Shown: positions 46,479 to 55,907, counted from the first letter of the stretch. The stretch is 64,000 nt of DNA from a bacterium (GCA_035400585.1 DAOMZR010000001.1:191347-255346), one strand, 5' to 3'. Numbers and translations: made by a program. The notes: generated by a model not told the origin, from the letters alone.

Positions 46479-47255
46479 TTATTTTTTATTTTTTGACATT
46501 AAAACAAATGTTTCCAGCGCTACTAAAGATGCTCTATTTTCCATTTTAACCAAATCACCTTTACCAGATTGCGCCTCCACTGAATATTTAGCAATTTTCT
46601 GTCTAATATTTTTCTCAGCTTCTTGATCAACTACTAATAAGACTACCCCAGCTTTAACACCCTTTATTCTGGCCAAAGTTAAAACAGTTCCAGCTTCCAT
46701 ATCCTGAGCCAAAGTATTAAAATTTTTCCAAAATTCTTTAGTTTCTTTTGTCTTTTTAGAATATAAAGCATCAACCGTCACTGTTGTGCCGGAATAATAT
46801 TTAAACTTTAAAATTTCAGAAGCTTTTTTCATTGTCTGAAAAATATCTGGATCGGCAATTGCTGGATATTGCAAAGGAACATAATCAAGACAAGTATGAT
46901 CTTCTCTAACAACACTGTCGGAAATAATCAAATCACCAATTTTAATTTTGGTTTGATTGGCTCCACAAGAACCAACTCTAATAAAATTTTCCGCACCAAG
47001 AGCAACTAATTCTTCTATGGCAATAGCAGTTGAAGGACCACCAATACCAGTAGAACAAATAGTTATTGGTATGTTTTTATATTTACCAGTAAAAACTCTA
47101 AATTCCCTATTAAAAGAAATTTCCTTACCACCATCTAACAGCTTAGCAATACGCAAAACACGACCAGGATCACCAGGCAAAATCACGTTTTTAGCTATAC
47201 CTCCCTTTTTACATAAAATATGTGGCTGTAAATTATCAAAATTTTTAGCAGGCAT
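46479..47255 (-). CDS. Nucleoside phosphorylase (uridine/purine phosphorylase, PNP-UDP family)
   Basis: NVILPGDPGRVLRIAKLLDGG, STGIGGPSTAIAIEELVALGAENFIRVGSCG, DMEAGTVLTLARIKGVKAG. Confidence 0.92.
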   Translation of the reverse strand: MPAKNFDNLQPHILCKKGGIAKNVILPGDPGRVLRIAKLLDGGKEISFNREFRVFTGKYKNIPITICSTGIGGPSTAIAIEELVALGAENFIRVGSCGANQTKIKIGDLIISDSVVREDHTCLDYVPLQYPAIADPDIFQTMKKASEILKFKYYSGTTVTVDALYSKKTKETKEFWKNFNTLAQDMEAGTVLTLARIKGVKAGVVLLVVDQEAEKNIRQKIAKYSVEAQSGKGDLVKMENRASLVALETFVLMSKNKK

Positions 47256-47346
47256 AAAAAAATAATTAAGTATTAAGACTACTTAATTTTAACACAATTT
47301 CAAAGAAAATGAAAGAAATTATAGTTAAAATTAACAAATAAATGGT

Positions 47347-47375
47347 TTGAAAATAAAAATTTTTAGCGCTATAAT
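47347..47375 (+). promoter_or_regulatory. Promoter TTGAAA-17-TATAAT, predicted TSS = A of ATG at 47382
   Basis: TTGAAA 47347-47352, TATAAT 47370-47375, then 6 nt to ATG. Confidence 0.75.
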
Positions 47376-47381
47376 AAATAT

Positions 47382-48473
47382 ATGAAAAGAAAAAAACTCG
47401 TTTTAATGATTTTTGGTTTTTTGCTATCAATACTTATCTTTTTATTTAGCTTTGAATCAATTAATCAAACTGAAAAACAAAATAAAGATAATAATATTAT
47501 TTTTTTTGGAAAAAAAGATAAAGAAGAAATAATTAAACCAAAAGAAGTGCTAGAAGAAACAAAAAAAATAGAAGAAAACTCTGATTTAAATTTTTTATTT
47601 TTTGGAGATTTAATGCTGGGCCGTCATGTTGGCGAGAAAATAGACATCCACGGGCTTGATTATCTTTTTGAAAAGTTGGAAGTAGAAAAGTTTACCGAAA
47701 AATACGATTTTGTAATGGCCAATCTTGAAGGAGCTACCACTAACGAAGGAAAACATTATAAACCGGACAATCTTTATGACTTCGCTTTCAAACCAGAGAC
47801 AATAAATAATCTAAAAAAATATAACTTCAATATTTTTGCCCTATCAAATAATCACTTATCAGATCAAGGAGAAAAAGGAATCAGTGAAACCTACCAGAAT
47901 TTAAGCGAACTGGGTTTTAACTACTTTGGCTGCAAAGATGGATATTTGTCGTCATCAGAAAATACAGAAATCATCTATAAAGCTAATGAAAATGAAAAAC
48001 AAAAAATACTAAACGAAAATGATTGCTCTTCAATAATAATTGAAACTAAAAATAAAAAAATAGCCTTTTTTTCTTTTAGTATCGTTTACAGTGATATTGA
48101 AGAAAATTTAATATTAAACAAAATAGATCAAATTAAAAAACAAAGCGACTTTTTGATAATTTCGCCTCATTGGGGAGTAGAATATCAAGAAAAAGCCAAC
48201 AAAAAACAAGAAAATTTAGCCAAAAAAATGATAGATTCTGGGGCTGATTTAATTATTGGACACCACCCTCATGTAATCCAAAATTGGGAAATTTATAAAG
48301 AAAAACCGATCTTTTATTCTTTGGGGAATTTTATTTTTGATCAATATTTCTCCCCAGAAACACAAGAAGGGCTAGCCATATCAATCAAGGTAGATAATAA
48401 TAAAATCGACAAAACAATATATAAAATAAAAACAAAAGGAAGCAAAATTGAAGAAATTATAAAAATAGAATAA
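47382..48473 (+). CDS. CapA family (PGA_cap) poly-gamma-glutamate synthesis-like metallophosphatase
   Basis: LFFGDLMLGRHVG, VMANLEGATTN, ALSNNHLSDQGEKGI, SPHWGVEYQ, GADLIIGHHPHVIQNWEIYKEKPIFYSLGNFIFDQYF. Confidence 0.92.
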   Translation: MKRKKLVLMIFGFLLSILIFLFSFESINQTEKQNKDNNIIFFGKKDKEEIIKPKEVLEETKKIEENSDLNFLFFGDLMLGRHVGEKIDIHGLDYLFEKLEVEKFTEKYDFVMANLEGATTNEGKHYKPDNLYDFAFKPETINNLKKYNFNIFALSNNHLSDQGEKGISETYQNLSELGFNYFGCKDGYLSSSENTEIIYKANENEKQKILNENDCSSIIIETKNKKIAFFSFSIVYSDIEENLILNKIDQIKKQSDFLIISPHWGVEYQEKANKKQENLAKKMIDSGADLIIGHHPHVIQNWEIYKEKPIFYSLGNFIFDQYFSPETQEGLAISIKVDNNKIDKTIYKIKTKGSKIEEIIKIE

Positions 48474-48498
48474 AAAATTTAATAAAAATCAACAAAAA

Positions 48499-48521
48499 GA
48501 GAGAATCATAAATTCTCTCTT
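48499..48521. terminator. Terminator between convergent genes
   Basis: agagagaatcataaattctctct followed by tttatt. Confidence 0.75.
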
Positions 48522-48551
48522 TTATTATCTTTGTATTTTATCGTCTCGTCT

Positions 48552-49277
48552 TTAGCGGCAAGAATTTAAACATTCTTGTCTAGCTTCAACTCCTTGAATC
48601 ATGTCACAATAAGAACAAACATCAATTTTTTCTCCAACCACTGGTATTTCGGCACTAGGATTGGTAGAATTAGATTGATTTGCTGGTGTTTGAACACTTG
48701 GATTAAAACCATTCATTAAGCTCGATAAATCTTTAAAAGTTTTATCATTTGGTAAATCAAATTTTGAATCATCAACGTTCCATGATTTACATTTAAAATC
48801 AAAAACCTCGTCCATATCAACAGTGTCTTGTTTTATTTCGTCACCAGCTTTATCGTCGGTTTCTCCTTCTTCTAGCTTCATTTTCATACCCTCCTTATTC
48901 ATTAAATCATCCCAAAAATAGTTCCAACCATCTTTTATAATACTAACTGAATTAAATCTCATACCTTGCCCCTTATCAACTGTATTCATTTCTACCCTGA
49001 TTCTTTCCCCTTTGTTGTCAAAATAATAAACAGCGCTCATTGTGGCTTCCTCATTTTCAATTTCAACCGAACACTGTAGTGGTTTCCCCTTTTTAAACAT
49101 ATCAATCACTGAAGAAGAAAAATAAGACTCTTCGTTGTCTAGGCTTTCTTCAACGACATCTGATTTGTTGTCAGAAATCGGCTTGCTAGGTTGATCCTCA
49201 TTTTTTTTGCCACAAGCAGATAAAGAAAAAATCAGAAGCAAAAAAAGCGGTAGTAAATAAACTCGAGAAAATTTCAT
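48552..49277 (-). CDS. Predicted lipoprotein, unknown function
   Basis: Lipobox LIFSLSACGKKNEDQ; C-terminal Cys-rich VCSYCDMIQGVEARQECLNSCR. Confidence 0.7.
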   Translation of the reverse strand: MKFSRVYLLPLFLLLIFSLSACGKKNEDQPSKPISDNKSDVVEESLDNEESYFSSSVIDMFKKGKPLQCSVEIENEEATMSAVYYFDNKGERIRVEMNTVDKGQGMRFNSVSIIKDGWNYFWDDLMNKEGMKMKLEEGETDDKAGDEIKQDTVDMDEVFDFKCKSWNVDDSKFDLPNDKTFKDLSSLMNGFNPSVQTPANQSNSTNPSAEIPVVGEKIDVCSYCDMIQGVEARQECLNSCR

Positions 49278-49387
49278 AATAATTATTATTAATTATTTTT
49301 TTAAAAAAAATAATTAAAATTTAATAATAATCTTTAGTAAAATAATAGCAAAAAAATTGATGTTTTACAAATAAAAATAATTACTAA

Positions 49388-50425
49388 TTATTTTTTATTC
49401 TCACTAATTATCTTATAATACAAATCCTCGTAAGAATTAACCATTTTTTCCAAAGAAAAAAACTTTTTTGCTCTTTCTAAACAATCCTCTTTTTTGATGT
49501 TTTTGACTAACTTTAAAGCTTTTAACATCTCGTTAAAATCCTTTACAACATAACCGGTTTTACCATTAACCACTAGTTCCCTAATAGCTCCTTGATCATA
49601 AGCCACAACTGGCACGCCAGAAGCCATAGCTTCTAAAAAGGTATTACCAAAAGCTTCGATTATTCTGTTTGGTTGTATCAAACAAAAAGCATTGCTTAGT
49701 AATTCCTTCTTTTTCTTCCCCAAAACTTCTCCTTGATAAATAATTTGCTTACCATCAATAAAAGGAAAAACATTCTTATCTAAAAAATATTTATCAGCTT
49801 CTGATATTTTGCCAGCTAGAACCAATTTCATTTTTAATCTTTTGGCTATTTTAATAGCCGTATCAACTCCTTTCTGAGGACTTAATCTGGCTAAAAACAA
49901 AAGATAATCTCCTGAATTTCTTTGTTGAATAAAGCTATCAGAATCAAGACCATTATAAACAATTTCTCGCCAATTTAAAAACGGTAATAATTTCTTAAGA
50001 GATTTAGAAATACCAACATAATTAAGATGCTTATATTTTTTTAATAATTCTCTTTCTTGTTCGAAAAACTCCCCATATCTAATAGAGTGAATTGAGGGCG
50101 TCTTTACTAAATCGGCAAAAATAACACTTTTCTGTTCAACTGCACAGTGAATAATATCAAAATCTTTAGCTCTTCTAAAAGCTTCGGCTATATTTTGATA
50201 TTCATGAACCTCAGAATAATCATTTTTATAATAAGTTTTTCTCACAGATATCAATTTTTGGGCTTTAGTTTTAGAATCACCGGTGGCAAATAAAGTAACT
50301 TGATGTCCTTTATCAACCAAACCATTTACCAAATAACCAATAGAAGAACCGGTACCGCCACGAGAATCAGGTGTTGTTTCTTCCCAAAGTTTAGAAATAA
50401 TAGCTATCTTCAATTTTTTTTTCAT
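49388..50425 (-). CDS. Glycosyltransferase family 4; start placed at 50425 (MKKKLKIAIIS)
   Basis: DSRGGTGSSIGYLVNGLVDKGHQVTLFATGDS, LLFLARLSPQKGVDTAIKIAKRL, NRIIEAFGNTFLEAMASGVPVVAYDQGAIRELV. Confidence 0.92.
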   Translation of the reverse strand: MKKKLKIAIISKLWEETTPDSRGGTGSSIGYLVNGLVDKGHQVTLFATGDSKTKAQKLISVRKTYYKNDYSEVHEYQNIAEAFRRAKDFDIIHCAVEQKSVIFADLVKTPSIHSIRYGEFFEQERELLKKYKHLNYVGISKSLKKLLPFLNWREIVYNGLDSDSFIQQRNSGDYLLFLARLSPQKGVDTAIKIAKRLKMKLVLAGKISEADKYFLDKNVFPFIDGKQIIYQGEVLGKKKKELLSNAFCLIQPNRIIEAFGNTFLEAMASGVPVVAYDQGAIRELVVNGKTGYVVKDFNEMLKALKLVKNIKKEDCLERAKKFFSLEKMVNSYEDLYYKIISENKK

Positions 50426-50431
50426 AAAAAT

Positions 50432-50437
50432 ATTATA
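50432..50437 (-). promoter_or_regulatory. Perfect TATAAT -10 box exactly 6 nt upstream of ATG at 50425
   Basis: Minus strand TATAAT-ATTTTT-ATG; -35 weak. Confidence 0.45.
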
Positions 50438-50470
50438 TTTATATATTAACAATAATAAAATTCATTGTAA

Positions 50471-50503
50471 ACAAAAAAAGCCAAAGATGTTATCTTCGGC
50501 TCT
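50471..50503 (-). terminator. Terminator for the 50531..50947 gene
   Basis: Minus strand AGCCGAAGAT-aac-ATCTTTGGCTTTTTTTG. Confidence 0.75.
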
Positions 50504-50530
50504 AACCCTAAAACTCAATCATCGAGAAAA

Positions 50531-50947
50531 CTAAACCTCAATAGAGGTTGCGGTTACCTTAACAATATTTTTGTTAATGTCTTTTTTGGAAACGACCCTG
50601 GAAATCGTTTTTATTTTATATTTTATTTCCTTGGGAAAAACTTTTCCTGTCAGCTCTCCAACATCGATAATAATTGAAAAAACCTTGGGATCTAGTAAAA
50701 AAGCCTCGAAGCACTTGAAAAATTGATCGGTAATGAAGATTGGGCAAGGATCAGCATTTTGAATATCCTTAAAAAAATCTTCACCGAACTTAAAAGCGTT
50801 AACCAAATATCCATCCTCTTTCTTACCGTTAATTTTCAATTTAATTTTTTCCAAAAGCTGATTATTGGTTTTAGAAAGAAGGTTTTGGCCTTCAAGTAAC
50901 ATGTCGTCTATAACACTTTTACTTGGACATAAAAATTTTTCTTCCAT
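50531..50947 (-). CDS. Hypothetical protein (~138 aa); start taken at ATG 50947
   Basis: Open frame MEEKFLCPSKSVIDDMLLEGQNLL...; no family recognised. Confidence 0.5.
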   Translation of the reverse strand: MEEKFLCPSKSVIDDMLLEGQNLLSKTNNQLLEKIKLKINGKKEDGYLVNAFKFGEDFFKDIQNADPCPIFITDQFFKCFEAFLLDPKVFSIIIDVGELTGKVFPKEIKYKIKTISRVVSKKDINKNIVKVTATSIEV

Positions 50948-51000
50948 TATCAATTTGTTTTAAATGTTGTGAAACTACTAACTAAACTCTATCAAAAAAA

Positions 51001-52812
51001 CTAATTTTTGTCAATTTCCTGGTTTTTTTTATTAACCTTTATATTCAATTCTTCTAGTTGTTTTTCTTTAACTTCACAAGGAGAGCCACTCATCAAATCT
51101 TTACCTTTACTATCTTTGGGGAAAGCATAGATATCCCTAATTGAATTCCAGTTATTTAAAACCATAACAATTCTATCTAATCCAGGGGCATTTCCTCCAT
51201 GAGGAGGAGCACCATAAGAAAAAGCGTTAATCATAGCCGAAAAATTTTGATCAACTTCTTCTTTAGAATATCCGGCTATTTCAAAAGCTTTATACATAAC
51301 TTCTGGGTTATGATTTCTGATCGCTCCAGAAGAAACCTCAAAACCATTAAAAACCAAATCAAATTGATGAGCTAAAATTGATAAAGGCTCTTTGTTGAGC
51401 AATGATTCCATTCCACCTTGAGGCATAGAAAATGGATTATGAGCAAAGTCAATTCTTCCCTCTTCTATTTCTGAATATTCATACATTGGAAAATCAACTA
51501 CCCAAACCAAAGAAGCCAAGGAATTATCTTTTAAATTCATTTTTTCTGCCAAATAATTTCTTAAATAACCCAAAGCCAAACAAACAGTTCGCCACTCATC
51601 AGCTGCAATGAAAATAAGATCTCCTTCTTCCGACTTACATTTATTAATGATTTCAGAAATTAAATTATCACCTAAAAATTTTACCAAAGATGATTGAAAT
51701 TTTTCATCCTTTAAAACAATATAAGACAAGCCTTTTAGACCTTTCTTTTTAGCCTCTTCAATTGTTTCATCTATTTCCTTTCTGCTAAATTTTGCACCAC
51801 CTTTAACATTTAAAGCCTTAACAAATCCACCGTTTTTAATTTGATTAGTAAAAATAGCAAAATCAGAATTTTTAACTAAATCAGAAATATCAGTTAACTC
51901 CATTTCAAATCGTAAATCAGGCTTGTCTGATCCAAAACGATTTATAGCATCTGTCCAAGAAATTTGTTGAAAGCGACCATCCGGCAAAAGACCAATCATT
52001 TTTTTATCACTAAACTTTTCTACCAAATCTTTCATTAATGGTTCCATTGTTTTAAAAATATCGTCTTGTTCGACAAAACTCATTTCCATATCTACTTGAT
52101 AAAACTCTCCATAATGGCGATCCATGCGCGGATCCTCATCTCTAAAACAAGGGGCTATTTGAAAATATTTATCAACACCGCCAACCATTAATAATTGCTT
52201 AAACTGTTGCGGCGCCTGTGGCAAAGCATAAAATTTGCCAGGATAAATACGAGAAGGTATTAAAAAATCACGAGCACCCTCTGGTGAAGAGTTAGCCAAA
52301 ATTGGAGTTTGAATTTCTGTAAAATTTAAATTGTGAAAATAAGATCTAATATGTTTAATAATTTCGTCTTTTGTTTTTAACATTTTTTGGATTTTTTCTC
52401 GACGTAAATCCAAAAAACGATATTTTAAACGTAAAGCTTCGTTCACTTCTCCTGTTTTTTCATCATTTAGTTCAAAAGGAAGTGGCAAGCTTTTATTCAA
52501 GATTACAACATCCAAAATTTCCACCTCAATTTCTCCAGTGTTAATTTTATTGTTTTTATTAGCTTCATCACGAGCTACAACCAAACCATTAATTTGTAAA
52601 ACCCACTCATTTTTTACATCTTTTAAAGCGTCAGCTATTTTTTTATCACCATCATTACTATTAAATTTAATTTGAGTCAATCCGTATTTATCGCGCAAAT
52701 CTATGAAAATAAGACCGCCTAAATCGCGATAGCTATTTACCCAGCCAGACAAAATAACCTTTTCTCCTAAATTTTTAGAGCTCAGCTCCCCGCAAGTGTG
52801 AGTTCGAAGCAT
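51001..52812 (-). CDS. aspS: Aspartate--tRNA ligase
   Basis: MLRTHTCGELSSKNLGEKVILSGWVNSYRDLGGLIFIDLRDKYGLTQ; QAPQQFKQLLMVGGVDKYFQIAPCFRDEDPRMDR; GAPPHGGNAPGLDRIVMVL. Confidence 0.97.
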   Translation of the reverse strand: MLRTHTCGELSSKNLGEKVILSGWVNSYRDLGGLIFIDLRDKYGLTQIKFNSNDGDKKIADALKDVKNEWVLQINGLVVARDEANKNNKINTGEIEVEILDVVILNKSLPLPFELNDEKTGEVNEALRLKYRFLDLRREKIQKMLKTKDEIIKHIRSYFHNLNFTEIQTPILANSSPEGARDFLIPSRIYPGKFYALPQAPQQFKQLLMVGGVDKYFQIAPCFRDEDPRMDRHYGEFYQVDMEMSFVEQDDIFKTMEPLMKDLVEKFSDKKMIGLLPDGRFQQISWTDAINRFGSDKPDLRFEMELTDISDLVKNSDFAIFTNQIKNGGFVKALNVKGGAKFSRKEIDETIEEAKKKGLKGLSYIVLKDEKFQSSLVKFLGDNLISEIINKCKSEEGDLIFIAADEWRTVCLALGYLRNYLAEKMNLKDNSLASLVWVVDFPMYEYSEIEEGRIDFAHNPFSMPQGGMESLLNKEPLSILAHQFDLVFNGFEVSSGAIRNHNPEVMYKAFEIAGYSKEEVDQNFSAMINAFSYGAPPHGGNAPGLDRIVMVLNNWNSIRDIYAFPKDSKGKDLMSGSPCEVKEKQLEELNIKVNKKNQEIDKN

Positions 52813-52891
52813 ATATTTATCTTAATTATATTTAATTATCACCAATTACTATATAAATATAGCCTAATTATACAAAAAAGTAAATAATAAA

Positions 52892-52920
52892 TTTACTTAA
52901 TTCTTTTTTTGCTGTATATT
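52892..52920 (+). promoter_or_regulatory. Promoter TTTACT-17-TATATT, predicted TSS at 52927
   Basis: TTTACT 52892-52897, TATATT 52915-52920; an ATG starts exactly at 52927 and opens an 18-codon ORF. Confidence 0.45.
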
Positions 52921-52949
52921 GTTTTTATGATTAAAATTAACAAAATTAT

Positions 52950-53300
52950 ATGGCTGATGTTCAACAAATTTTCAATAAAATAAAAGAAAGGCAAAAAGAA
53001 CAAAAAACAATAAAACAAATTTATCGAGATGTTTTAAATAATTCTCAGGAATATCAGAACGTTTTAGAAGAGCTTGATAGTTTGAAAATCAAAAAGAAAA
53101 AAATAGAGGAAGTTTTAAAAAGCGAATTAAGGTCAGAAATGGAGCAATTAAACTCTATTAAAGTTGATATTGAATCAGAAAAAGAAATATTAAGCCAAGC
53201 AACTTTAGCTAAAATACTAAAAGGAGAACAAATAGAACTGGTCGATGAAAATAATAATAAATATGAGCCTATCTTCAGTGTACGTTTTAGAAAATATTAA
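52950..53300 (+). CDS. Hypothetical coiled-coil protein (116 aa)
   Basis: MADVQQIFNKIKERQKEQKTIKQIYRDVLNNSQEYQNVLEELDSLKIKKKKIEEVLKSEL... Confidence 0.6.
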   Translation: MADVQQIFNKIKERQKEQKTIKQIYRDVLNNSQEYQNVLEELDSLKIKKKKIEEVLKSELRSEMEQLNSIKVDIESEKEILSQATLAKILKGEQIELVDENNNKYEPIFSVRFRKY

Positions 53301-53345
53301 AAATTTAAATATCTCAGAATTTAAAAAATAAATTAATTATAAATT

Positions 53346-53837
53346 ATGAGGGTACCAATCAGAAGAAGTGATAAAGTTCCCACAGAAAAAATAGACACTA
53401 AAATAACATTAGAAAAATACCGAAGTTTATCAAAAACTTTAGAAAAACTAAAAAACGAAATCAGACCGAAAGAATCGGAGGAGGTAAAAATATTATCGAC
53501 TACCGGAGATTATTCGGAAAATGCTGGTTATCAAGCGGCTAAAGCAAAACTAAGAAGAACTAATAATAAAATCAGTAAAATAGAATATATCTTAAATAGG
53601 GCCGACATAATTGAAACAAACCCAAAAAGCGACGAAGTACAAATAGGCAGTTTGGTTAAACTAGAAATTGATGGAAAAATAAAAAAATATCAGATACTAG
53701 GATCAGCCGAAACCGATCCCAGCAAAGGAAAAATATCATACATATCACCTCTTGGTAGTTCTTTGTTGGGAAAAAAAATAGGAGAATTTGTCAGTATAAA
53801 CAACTTAAAAAAATACAAAATTGTAGAAATAAAATAA
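53346..53837 (+). CDS. GreA/GreB-family elongation factor paralog
   Basis: TTGDYSENAGYQAAKAKLRRTNNKISKIEYILNRADII; VQIGSLVKLEIDG; GKISYISPLGSSLLGKKIGEFVSI. Confidence 0.85.
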   Translation: MRVPIRRSDKVPTEKIDTKITLEKYRSLSKTLEKLKNEIRPKESEEVKILSTTGDYSENAGYQAAKAKLRRTNNKISKIEYILNRADIIETNPKSDEVQIGSLVKLEIDGKIKKYQILGSAETDPSKGKISYISPLGSSLLGKKIGEFVSINNLKKYKIVEIK

Positions 53838-53858
53838 AGGCATCAAATGATGCCTTTT
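53837..53858. terminator. Terminator between convergent genes
   Basis: aaggcatcaaatgatgcctttt. Confidence 0.75.
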
Positions 53859-53872
53859 AAAGTTGTAAATGT

Positions 53873-54376
53873 TTAAATCCCGTAAAAAAGAGATGATTGG
53901 CGATTTTTAATAATTCTATTAGTCCATCTCCAAAATAAACCTAAAATAATTACCAATAAATAAAGAACGAAGGGATAGAAAAAAAATTTTTCTAATAAAC
54001 TGTTATCAATTACCTCTTTAAAAGTCTGGTCAAAAAAATTATAAACAGGAACAAAATTAAAAAAATAATTCAGACATAAAAACAACCAGACATTAGCAAA
54101 AGGATAAATAACAAAGTAAAAGAAAAAAAATGTATGCCATTTTTCAAAAACATTAAAATCTTTAATAGTAATTCCGGCACTAGAAGTTAACTGTAAAAAA
54201 ATTATTAACAAAATAAAAATACCAAAACCGGCCACAGAAATAGACTTTAAAATATCTGACGGAAAATATAAATTCAAAAAAATGGCTATTATCCCCAGCA
54301 TAATGCCAGAAGCAGAGATTAGGGAGATTAGGCAAAAAATTGCTAAAATGTTAGGACTTACCTCTTTTGTATCCAT
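53873..54376 (-). CDS. Multi-TM membrane protein, unknown
   Basis: Four hydrophobic segments in 167 aa. Confidence 0.55.
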   Translation of the reverse strand: MDTKEVSPNILAIFCLISLISASGIMLGIIAIFLNLYFPSDILKSISVAGFGIFILLIIFLQLTSSAGITIKDFNVFEKWHTFFFFYFVIYPFANVWLFLCLNYFFNFVPVYNFFDQTFKEVIDNSLLEKFFFYPFVLYLLVIILGLFWRWTNRIIKNRQSSLFYGI

Positions 54377-54422
54377 ATCATTTACTTTTTAGTTAGTATC
54401 AAAGAACCATTAAATACTTGTA

Positions 54423-55907
54423 TCACAAAAATAAATTTTTGTCAAAAGTAAAATTTCTTAATTCCTTTCTAATTGTTTTAAAATCTGGTACCGACAAAGA
54501 AACCAGATTCCAAAAAGCTAATGAATGATTAAACTCTTTTAAATGACATAATTCATGAACAATTACATAATTAGCTAATTTCTCTGGAAGAAAAATTAAT
54601 TTATAACTAAAATTTAAATTACCACAACGAGAACAACTTCCCCAACGAGTCTTTTGGTTTCTAATGCTTATTTTTGAATATTTAAAATTGTAAACCTTAT
54701 TTAATTCTTTAATCTTATTTTCAATAAAAATATAAGCATTTTTTTTATTTTTTTGATAATTTTGATAACTATTTTGCTGGTTGTTTTCGACTATTCTTTT
54801 GGAAAAAATTTTTAGTTTATCAATAATCCAATCAATTTTTTTAATATCGGGCATTGTTATTTCTATTTTTAAGTACTTCGTGCCGGCCGAAAATGGTATT
54901 TTATCATTTTCCATGATCCAAGTTTCAGTATTATAATAGCTTTCAAGTTCTGATCTCTTTATTGATAAGGTGTTATTTATGTTTTCAAAATCTAAATTTA
55001 TCAAATCATATTGGCTACCTTTCGCCATTATACTAAATTTATCACCTTGCCTAACCGTTATTTCATCAAATTTAACGAAGCGCGAAACATAAATACTGTT
55101 AAAATCTTTAAGGTCAAAATATCTCTCAATCTTATTTTCTTTCATAATCGCTTTTTTTTCTTCAAACTTTGATTCTGTATAGGAAAACAGTAAAAAGAAC
55201 GTTACCAAGCCCAAAAAGAATACTAATATAAGTCCAATAAATAATTTTTTATTAAAAAATTTCTTTTTTATAGCCAATAAATCTAAACCCAGAATAGCCA
55301 CAAAAATTGTTGGTATTGAAATTATAAATAAAGCTGATAGAAGGAATATATAATATCTCACTATCCCAATAACTTCTATTGTCTTAAAATCAACCATAAA
55401 TCTATCAAACAAAGAACTTGAGGAGTTAAACGATAGAATTAGAAAAATAACAACAGAAACTAAAAATCCTATAGTTCCTAGACTTAAAAATATTGCTCCA
55501 AATATTTTCTTGAAGACTAAAACTGATTTTGCTGGCGGATTTTTTGTAAGCAATAAAGTAATGCCCCTGATAACAATGCCCATCAGGCCACCAAAAATAA
55601 TAATTGCGGCAAAAAATAAAGCCGTTTGTAAAACTGGCAAAAAAAGAAAATGACCATCATAATCATACTCAATTATTATCTGCCAGATAATTATAAATAT
55701 AAAGCTAGTTAGAAATGAGCCGACAATCAATTTGGGCAAAAAATGATAACTTTTATCTTCATTTTGTGCCAATACCATCAGAATTCCGGCCGTTAAAGGT
55801 AAAAGTAAAATTTGCCATCCCCAGAAAAACGTAAACCAATCCGGCTTAAGGGTAAATAACCACCCGAGAATAATAGTAATGGCGGAAATTAAATAAATTT
55901 TTTTCAT
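54423..55907 (-). CDS. Composite protein: multi-TM + DUF2807-like segment + C-terminal YgjP-like (DUF45) zinc metallopeptidase
   Basis: KIERYFDLKDFNSIYVSRFVKFDEITVRQGDKFSIMAKGSQYDLINLDF...LKIEITMPDIKKI; then TRWGSCSRCGNLNFSYKLIFLPEKLANYVIVHELCHLKEFNHSLAFW (HELCH). Confidence 0.8.
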   Translation of the reverse strand: MKKIYLISAITIILGWLFTLKPDWFTFFWGWQILLLPLTAGILMVLAQNEDKSYHFLPKLIVGSFLTSFIFIIIWQIIIEYDYDGHFLFLPVLQTALFFAAIIIFGGLMGIVIRGITLLLTKNPPAKSVLVFKKIFGAIFLSLGTIGFLVSVVIFLILSFNSSSSLFDRFMVDFKTIEVIGIVRYYIFLLSALFIISIPTIFVAILGLDLLAIKKKFFNKKLFIGLILVFFLGLVTFFLLFSYTESKFEEKKAIMKENKIERYFDLKDFNSIYVSRFVKFDEITVRQGDKFSIMAKGSQYDLINLDFENINNTLSIKRSELESYYNTETWIMENDKIPFSAGTKYLKIEITMPDIKKIDWIIDKLKIFSKRIVENNQQNSYQNYQKNKKNAYIFIENKIKELNKVYNFKYSKISIRNQKTRWGSCSRCGNLNFSYKLIFLPEKLANYVIVHELCHLKEFNHSLAFWNLVSLSVPDFKTIRKELRNFTFDKNLFL

